Of a stretch of 64,000 nt of DNA, positions 57,916 through 64,000 are shown one piece after another. Numbering within the stretch: the stretch's first letter is position 1; every line of letters begins with the position of its first letter. Source of the stretch: Vulcanimicrobiota bacterium. Lineage in GTDB: Bacteria; Vulcanimicrobiota; Vulcanimicrobiia; Vulcanimicrobiales; Vulcanimicrobiaceae. The stretch spans positions 160,001-224,000 of the forward strand of contig CAWETW010000001.1 in the NCBI GenBank assembly GCA_963812155.1, in the 5' to 3' direction. The position numbers were made by a program, and so were the translations under genes. The notes beneath the pieces are model-generated. The model was not told the DNA's origin. It searched no databases and saw only the letters and a list, made by a program, of their open reading frames with translations.

Positions 57916-59126
57916 TGTATGTTTCCGATCATTGAGTAGAGTGGGATGATGATGGATGCAACGATCGTCCCTATGGCAGCGCCAAGGGCACAAATGAGCA
58001 GAGGTTCGAGAATGCTGGTCAACGATGCCAGCGCAGTTTCCACGTCGAGTTCGTAATAGCGCGCCACGCGAAAGAGCATGTCGTCGACCGTGCCGCTCTC
58101 TTCGCCGGCCTGCAGCAGCTGCAGAAAGGTGGCGTCGAAGAGCGCGCTCGCTTCGAGCGACGCAACCAGAGTGTTCCCGCGGCGCAAAGAATCAACGACG
58201 ATTTTTAAGCCGTGGCGATGGACGAAGCCCTCGACGACACCCGTCCCCGCTTCGATCGCGGCGACGATGTCTACGCCGGAGCGCAGCAGCGATCCGAGCG
58301 TTCGGGCGAAGCGCGCCGCCGTTGCCTTCACGGTAATGGCGCCAAGCACGGGCACGCCTAGCCGCATGCGATCGAGCGCTATTGCCCACGGTTCGTCCGA
58401 CGTTTTGTAGCGGCGCAGCGCGACCGTAGCGAGCAAGATGACCGCGCCGAGCAGAATCCACGCCGCGCGATTCTTCAGCATGCCGGCCGCTGCCATCAGC
58501 AGCCGGGTGCCGGCCGGAAGCGGCACGTGCATCTCGGAAAACATGGCGGCAAATGCCGGCATCGTGTTCGCCACCAGAAAGAGCACCAAGCCGATCGATG
58601 CGATCGAAACCACGGTGGGATAGGCGAGCGCTGCAGCGACTCGCTTCCGTAACGTGCGGTCGCGTTCTTCGAGTTCGGCGAGCGCGAGCAATGCCTCGTC
58701 GAGGGAACCTGCAACCTCGCCGGCTCTCACGATCGCAATCGCGACCGCAGAAAAATCCCGCGGGTGGCCGGCAAGCGCGGCGGACAGCGGCGAGCCGCCG
58801 TCGACCTCGGCGGCTACCGACGCCAAGGTCTCGGAGAACGCACCGTCGCCGCTTTGACGCATCATCGTATCCAATGCACGTCGCACCGGCACTCCCGCCG
58901 ATACGAGCGCCGCAAACGACCGAAAGAATACCGGTCGCGCGCCACCCGAACGCGCGGACAACCGCAGAAACGTCCATGCGCCGCCGAGCGTCGCGGCCGT
59001 TTCCAGCGTGGTCACGAATACGTCTCGTGCGCGCAAGTGCCGCGCCGCAGCTTCCCGCGTCGCCGCTTCGATTGCCCCGTGTAACCGCCGGCCGTCGGCG
59101 GCACGAGCCGCGTAGTAGTAGACCAT
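57912..59126 (-). CDS. pilC: Type IV pilus platform protein PilC/GspF
   Basis: Two GspF repeats (AGEVAGSLD / AGEESGTVD), ALAYP, LEP, PLYSM. Confidence 0.93.
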   Translation of the reverse strand: MVYYYAARAADGRRLHGAIEAATREAAARHLRARDVFVTTLETAATLGGAWTFLRLSARSGGARPVFFRSFAALVSAGVPVRRALDTMMRQSGDGAFSETLASVAAEVDGGSPLSAALAGHPRDFSAVAIAIVRAGEVAGSLDEALLALAELEERDRTLRKRVAAALAYPTVVSIASIGLVLFLVANTMPAFAAMFSEMHVPLPAGTRLLMAAAGMLKNRAAWILLGAVILLATVALRRYKTSDEPWAIALDRMRLGVPVLGAITVKATAARFARTLGSLLRSGVDIVAAIEAGTGVVEGFVHRHGLKIVVDSLRRGNTLVASLEASALFDATFLQLLQAGEESGTVDDMLFRVARYYELDVETALASLTSILEPLLICALGAAIGTIVASIIIPLYSMIGNIQ

Positions 59127-59137
59127 GGACCGCGCCG

Positions 59138-60220
59138 CTATGCCACCGGCTCGCAGGCTTCTCGGACGCCGAAGCGGCGCGCCTCCTCGGGGTCGACCTC
59201 GCGATCGCGCAACAATACTTCGAGATGTTGTTCGAGGGTTTGCATACCGTACCGGCTTCCAGTCACCATCACGTTTTTCAATTGGTGAGCCTTCGCGTCG
59301 CGAATGAGGGAGCGGACCGCGTCGGTTGCAATCAGAATTTCGAATGCAGCACGCCTGCCCCGGCCGTGAACCCGGCGCAGTAAGTGCTGGCACACTATCC
59401 CCACCAGTGCATTGGCGAGCTGCGCCCGGACATCGTAGCGCAAATGCTCGGCGAAGGCGTTAACCATGCGATCCACACTTTGCGGCGCGCTTCCGGTGTG
59501 CAGCGTCGAGATCACCAGATGACCGGTTTGGGCGGCCGCTAGCGCTCCGGCCACCGTTGCGGAATCCCGCATCTCTCCAACGACGATCACATCGGGATCG
59601 GCGCGAAGAGCGCCGCGCAACGCATCTGAAAAACTCGGAGTGTCGCAACCCAACTCGCGCTGGGTTACAAGCGAACGCCGGTTCTCGTGACGATATTCGA
59701 CCGGATCTTCCACCGTCACGATGCGGCGGGCCGATCCATCGTTGATGCAATCCACGAAGGCTGCCATGGTCGTGGACTTTCCGCTTCCGGTGGGACCGGA
59801 AAAAATAACGATGCCGTGCCGTTCTTGTGCCAAACCTGTGAGGGCGGGCGGAACGTCGAGCGAACCGAGCGTCGGAACGCTGCGGTGCAACAAGCGGATC
59901 GCGATGGCCGGCACGCGGCCCGAGGCGAAAACGTGCACTCGCAGCCGTCCGGTTCTCGGATCGGCGTACGTTGCGGTGACGTCGCCCTCGCGGTCCAATC
60001 GCTTAACGCCGGCGTCGCCCAGAAGCGCTCGGGCGAGATCGCGGAGCTCCTCCGCATCGACCGGCGCATGCGCCGTCCTCTCCAGAACGCCGTCGACGCG
60101 CAAAATCGGCGGCATCCCCTCCGTGAGGTGCACGTCCGAAGCATTACGTCCTCGAGCGAGCGTCGCGACGTCGGCGATGCGAATCGACGCAGGCAGGCCT
60201 TCGGCCAGGCCGACGTTCAC
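59138..60220 (-). CDS. pilT: Pilus retraction ATPase PilT
   Basis: ASDVHL, GPTGSGKSTT, EDPVEY, LRADPDVIVVGEMRD, AVRSLIRD (AIRNLIRE-like), GMQT. Confidence 0.93.
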   Translation of the reverse strand: MNVGLAEGLPASIRIADVATLARGRNASDVHLTEGMPPILRVDGVLERTAHAPVDAEELRDLARALLGDAGVKRLDREGDVTATYADPRTGRLRVHVFASGRVPAIAIRLLHRSVPTLGSLDVPPALTGLAQERHGIVIFSGPTGSGKSTTMAAFVDCINDGSARRIVTVEDPVEYRHENRRSLVTQRELGCDTPSFSDALRGALRADPDVIVVGEMRDSATVAGALAAAQTGHLVISTLHTGSAPQSVDRMVNAFAEHLRYDVRAQLANALVGIVCQHLLRRVHGRGRRAAFEILIATDAVRSLIRDAKAHQLKNVMVTGSRYGMQTLEQHLEVLLRDREVDPEEARRFGVREACEPVA

Positions 60221-61446
60221 CGAACCCCCAACACGCGGCTTGCTTCGGCCACGCTGCAGACTCCGGCGCCGATCAATCTGCCGGCATCGACTGCAATCGG
60301 CAGATAGCCGCAACGTTCCGCAGCATCGCGCACCACATCCGGAGCGCTTGCACGCTCCACCGCGTGGCGAAGTTCGGGCGACATTTCCACCATCTCGAAT
60401 ACGCCCCGGCGGCCATGGTGGCCGCTGCGGTCACACGCGGCGCAGCCAACGGCTTCGTAGACGAGGCTGCCGGGCGCAATGCCGAACGCGCACGCCGATG
60501 TTTCGGCGATAGTTTGCTGCTTGCAATGCTCGCAAAGCCGGCGCACGAGCCGTTGCGAGACGATTGCCGTTACCGACGTTGCAACGCCGCGTGGGGAGAG
60601 GCCAAGTTCGATCAAGCGCTCCAGGGCGCATAGCGCATCGTTGCTGTGCAACGTCGTCAAGACGAGTTGTCCGCAGAGCGCAGCCGACGTCGCGACCGCA
60701 GCGGTATCGGGATCGCGCATCTCGCCGATCATGATGACGTTGGGATCCTGGCGTAAGAACGAGCGCAGACCCGCTGCAAACGTCAATCCCGCACGCAAAT
60801 TGACCTGCACCTGAGCAACTCCGGCGAGGCGAATCTCAACGGGGTCCTCGATGCTGCACAGCTGCTGCCCTGCGACGTTGCGTTCGCGCATCGACGCGTA
60901 CAGCGTCGTTGTCTTGCCGCTCCCGGTCGGCCCGCAGACGACGAGGAATCCCGCGGGTGCGTGGACGAGCCGGCGGAAACGCTCGCACGTGGCGCCGTTC
61001 ATTCCCAGCGCCTCGATCGACGGTATCTGCTGCCGCCCATCCAGCAAACGGATCGCCAGTTTCTCGCCGTCGATGGTCGGCATGGAGCTCACGCGCGCGT
61101 CGATCGTGCCGCCGGGGCCTTCGATCGAATAACGTCCGTCCTGAGGAAGGCGGCGATCGGCAATATCCATGCCGGCCAGCAACTTGATGCGCGATAGAAT
61201 GCGTGGAAGCAGTCGCGGTGAAATCGGCCGTGCTTCGCGAAGCATTCCGTCAATGCGCTCGCGTATGCGACCGCCTTCGCCGAACGGCTCGACGTGCAGA
61301 TCCGACGCTCCGGCACGAATTGCCGCGTCGAACATTTCATCAACCGCATGAATCGCCGGTTGGTCGTCGTTCGACGCATCGCTGCCTGCAAGCGGAAACC
61401 GGCTATCGAGTTCGCGCGGAACTCGCAGCCCCTCCGTGAGAGTCAC
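60217..61446 (-). CDS. pilB: Pilus assembly ATPase PilB/GspE, short form without N-terminal domain
   Basis: ASDLHVEP, RLPQDGR, GPTGSGKTTT, LRQDPNVIMIGEMRD, CEHC...CAAC tetracysteine. Confidence 0.92.
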   Translation of the reverse strand: MTLTEGLRVPRELDSRFPLAGSDASNDDQPAIHAVDEMFDAAIRAGASDLHVEPFGEGGRIRERIDGMLREARPISPRLLPRILSRIKLLAGMDIADRRLPQDGRYSIEGPGGTIDARVSSMPTIDGEKLAIRLLDGRQQIPSIEALGMNGATCERFRRLVHAPAGFLVVCGPTGSGKTTTLYASMRERNVAGQQLCSIEDPVEIRLAGVAQVQVNLRAGLTFAAGLRSFLRQDPNVIMIGEMRDPDTAAVATSAALCGQLVLTTLHSNDALCALERLIELGLSPRGVATSVTAIVSQRLVRRLCEHCKQQTIAETSACAFGIAPGSLVYEAVGCAACDRSGHHGRRGVFEMVEMSPELRHAVERASAPDVVRDAAERCGYLPIAVDAGRLIGAGVCSVAEASRVLGVR

Positions 61447-61508
61447 ACCCCGACCCCTCCGTCCGAGAGAAGATCAGCGCCGCCGGTCGAAACCGGCGCC
61501 GTGGAAAC

Positions 61509-61536
61509 GGTTATATCATAGGTAGCGTCGAGGTGA
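61509..61536 (-). promoter_or_regulatory. Candidate sigma70-type promoter of the pilus operon
   Basis: Minus strand TTCACC-16 nt-TATAAC, with TG in the extended -10 position. Confidence 0.4.
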
Positions 61537-61648
61537 AATACGTCGAAGTAAATCTTTACGCGACGGCTCAGTTTGCTCGAAATCGGGAACGGCGTTTCGG
61601 TCAACCGAAAAAGGATTCCGCTTTCCGTAGACGCTAAGGCGGAAGCAC

Positions 61649-63076
61649 ATGTCTGCGCTGCGATACGCTGCCATTGCCTTCGTGCTTGGCGCACTGACGA
61701 CACCGGCGCCGGCCGCCGATTCGGCATTTCGCGCCGACCGATCGCAGGTGTGGGATCAGTTCCGCCATGGAGGCGGGTTAAACGACATCGTCGTCAATCG
61801 CAACCTTCCGGATAAGCTTGCGTGGCGCTTTAGCGTTCCGAGCAAGGGAACGTCGGCCTCGCCGGTCGTGGCCGGCGGCCTCGTGCTCGTCGCGTCTAAC
61901 GACAAGTCGCTTTACGCGGTCGACGCGCGCAACGGCAAGCCGGTGTGGACCTGGAAGGGCGACAACCAAGTGATGAGCGCGCCCGTCTACCGCGACGGCA
62001 TTACGGTGATCGGGACCGGCAACGGCGACTCGCCCGTATGGGATCCGCCGGCATACAACCTCGTGGGCATGGGCTCCAGCGACCTCAACGGCATCGACTT
62101 GCAAACCGGCAAGCGCCGGTGGAGCTTCGTGCTCACCGGGAGCGGCATGCCGATGCCGGCGCTGCTCGGAACGAAGCTTCTGCACGTCGACGGCAGCGGC
62201 GCCTTTCTCGCACTCGACGTCCATACCGGCGGCTACCTCTGGCGACGCCTGCTCTACTCGAACGCATCGATGACCAACGTGCTGCTCGAAAAAGGCGTCG
62301 CGTACTTCGGCGGCCGATTCCCCAACATCGTCTACGCGTTGCGCGCGACCGACGGCGCCACGCTGTGGACGCACGCGTTTTCGGCCCGCAACGGCGCCTT
62401 CGACGATTGCCCGCTGGCGACCGACGGCAATCAAATCTTCGGCATGTACTCATCGCCGCTCTCGACCACACCCGGCGCCATCATTCTCGAAGGCGTCGAA
62501 GCGCGCCAGCACGTCTACGCGCTCGACGCCCGCACCGGCCGGCTGCGTTGGGACAGCGCGCTGGCCGTGACCGGCAAAGAGCCGTCGTACAACGAGTCGG
62601 CGATTCCGATGTACGACACCGGCACGCTCTACGACGGCAGCCCGATCGCGCCGGTCGTCAGCGCGCTCGACGCACGAACCGGGCGCGCGAAGTGGTCGCT
62701 GCGCGTCGCGGGACCGGTCAAGGGCGGAATGGTGCTGCGCGACGGCGTGCTCTATTTCGGCGATCTCGGCGGGAAACTATGGGCCGTCGACGCCGCCGCC
62801 GGACGTCCGCTGGGCAGCATTCAAACCGATCTGAAGTTCAACGTCGGTTCGCCGATTATCCTCAACGACTCGCTCGTGATCGGCAGCGCCGACGGGCCGA
62901 CGATCGCCGTGCCGCTCGAGAACATTCGGTCGTCGAAGGCGATCGCGGCGATCACGACCGCGCAACGCAGCCCGTGGACGCTGTTGGCGCTGACGTTCGC
63001 GGTGATTGCGCTCATTCTGCTGCAGATGCTGCGCCAGACGCTGCGCAGCCGGCGCCCGGCGCTGCGAGGGCGATGA
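61649..63076 (+). CDS. PQQ-like beta-propeller repeat protein with signal peptide and C-terminal TM anchor
   Basis: Repeated YAxDA.TG...W units. Confidence 0.85.
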   Translation: MSALRYAAIAFVLGALTTPAPAADSAFRADRSQVWDQFRHGGGLNDIVVNRNLPDKLAWRFSVPSKGTSASPVVAGGLVLVASNDKSLYAVDARNGKPVWTWKGDNQVMSAPVYRDGITVIGTGNGDSPVWDPPAYNLVGMGSSDLNGIDLQTGKRRWSFVLTGSGMPMPALLGTKLLHVDGSGAFLALDVHTGGYLWRRLLYSNASMTNVLLEKGVAYFGGRFPNIVYALRATDGATLWTHAFSARNGAFDDCPLATDGNQIFGMYSSPLSTTPGAIILEGVEARQHVYALDARTGRLRWDSALAVTGKEPSYNESAIPMYDTGTLYDGSPIAPVVSALDARTGRAKWSLRVAGPVKGGMVLRDGVLYFGDLGGKLWAVDAAAGRPLGSIQTDLKFNVGSPIILNDSLVIGSADGPTIAVPLENIRSSKAIAAITTAQRSPWTLLALTFAVIALILLQMLRQTLRSRRPALRGR

Positions 63077-64000
63077 ACGCGAGCCGCCGGCTCGCACTCG
63101 CCCTCGCGATCGCCGTGCTCGGCGTCGCAACGCTGCACGACGTGACGCGGTTGGGCGACGCGCTGCCGTGGCGGCAAATGTACGACTTCGCCGACTTCTA
63201 TTGCGCCGGCCAAGCACTCGACGCGCGTCGAGATCCCTACGCCTACGAACCGCTTCACACGTGCGAGCATCGTTTCGGCAGCGCCTCGGTTTTCCGAACG
63301 GACCCCGCCCTGGCGATTCCCGCTCCCCAACCGCCATACGATTTCCCGGCCTTCATGCTCCTTGCGCGTTTGGACTTTGCGCAGGCACGAGCACTGGCCG
63401 CCGCCGCCATCGTGCTGGCGACGCTGCTGGCAATGCTGGCACTGGCGCGCACGAACGTTCCGCTCGACGTTGCGGCGATCGTGCTAGCGCTGCCGGCCGG
63501 ATACGTCGAACTCAATGCCGGGCAGATCGTACCGTTCGCGCTGCTGTTTCTCACGCTCGCCGGCGCGGCGCTCGTCCACCGGCGCGACGCCATCGCCGGC
63601 GTCTGCGCTGCGCTCACGGCGATCGAACCGCATCTCGGCCTGCCCGTCATTTTGGCAGCGCTGCTCTTCGTGCCGCGCGCCCGAATCGCGACCGTCGTCA
63701 CGCTCGCCTGTCTAGCCGGAATTGCCTTCGTGACGGCCGGCCCGGCGCTGATGTTCGAATACGTTCAACGCGTCGTTCCGCTGCAGGCAGCAGCCGAAGT
63801 CCACTTCCCGTATCAGTACAGCCTCACGTACGCTCTCGCTGCAGCAGGGGTGTCCGACGGCGTTGCACGGACTTTTGGAATTGCTTCTTTCCTCGCGCTC
63901 ATCGCGATCGGTTTGTGGTTTGCGACGCGGCTCTCGCGAACGCTCGACCGCCGCGAGCTGCTCGTCTTCTTTCCCGCCGCGGCGGCGGTCATGGCGGGGG
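63073..64000 (+). CDS. GT87/DUF2029-like membrane glycosyltransferase (runs off the window)
   Basis: ATGA overlap with the previous gene; DFADFYCAG...DPY, P.PPY, GQ, multiple TM helices; no stop seen before the end. Confidence 0.7.
   Translation, partial: MNASRRLALALAIAVLGVATLHDVTRLGDALPWRQMYDFADFYCAGQALDARRDPYAYEPLHTCEHRFGSASVFRTDPALAIPAPQPPYDFPAFMLLARLDFAQARALAAAAIVLATLLAMLALARTNVPLDVAAIVLALPAGYVELNAGQIVPFALLFLTLAGAALVHRRDAIAGVCAALTAIEPHLGLPVILAALLFVPRARIATVVTLACLAGIAFVTAGPALMFEYVQRVVPLQAAAEVHFPYQYSLTYALAAAGVSDGVARTFGIASFLALIAIGLWFATRLSRTLDRRELLVFFPAAAAVMAG

Noticed and set aside
61466..61500. c-di-GMP riboswitch upstream of pilB
   Set aside because: Only one GC-rich hairpin is present; the conserved GEMM elements are not recognisable.

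Overview
This is a high-GC bacterial chromosome segment. It combines Terrabacteria-type genes (cdaA-cdaR-glmM, PASTA kinase with PbpA, SpoIID, RqcH) with outer-membrane markers (a secretin and a long MlaD ending in a beta-signal). That mix points to a diderm Terrabacteria lineage; my inferred best guess is Vulcanimicrobiota/Eremiobacterota. The left half carries mostly + strand housekeeping operons: carB-pbpA-pknB-ruvCAB-spoIID-queA-cyclase, then gmk-rpoZ-glmS-rph-mlaEF-ocd-mlaD-panE. The right half carries mostly - strand genes: mdh, tRNA-Gln, NlpC/P60, glmM-cdaR-cdaA, priA-aroBKC and a 13-gene type IV pilus operon. The two orientations converge near 31.5 kb. There, an AT-rich 11-6-11 inverted repeat resembling dif sits 21 nt upstream of a lone Xer-type tyrosine recombinase, flanked by gene debris, a MazF-type TA pair and a vanadium haloperoxidase. 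This is a candidate replication terminus with a single-recombinase xer/dif module. Other highlights are a c-di-AMP (ydaO) riboswitch on an NlpC/P60 hydrolase directly downstream of the c-di-AMP synthase operon, a pilus operon with an embedded SigB/F-type sigma factor and a CcdA-like redox protein, and several apparent non-canonical start codons. Single-base frameshifts in glmM, aroC and a quinone oxidoreductase look like assembly errors. All calls come from reading the sequence; no searches were run.
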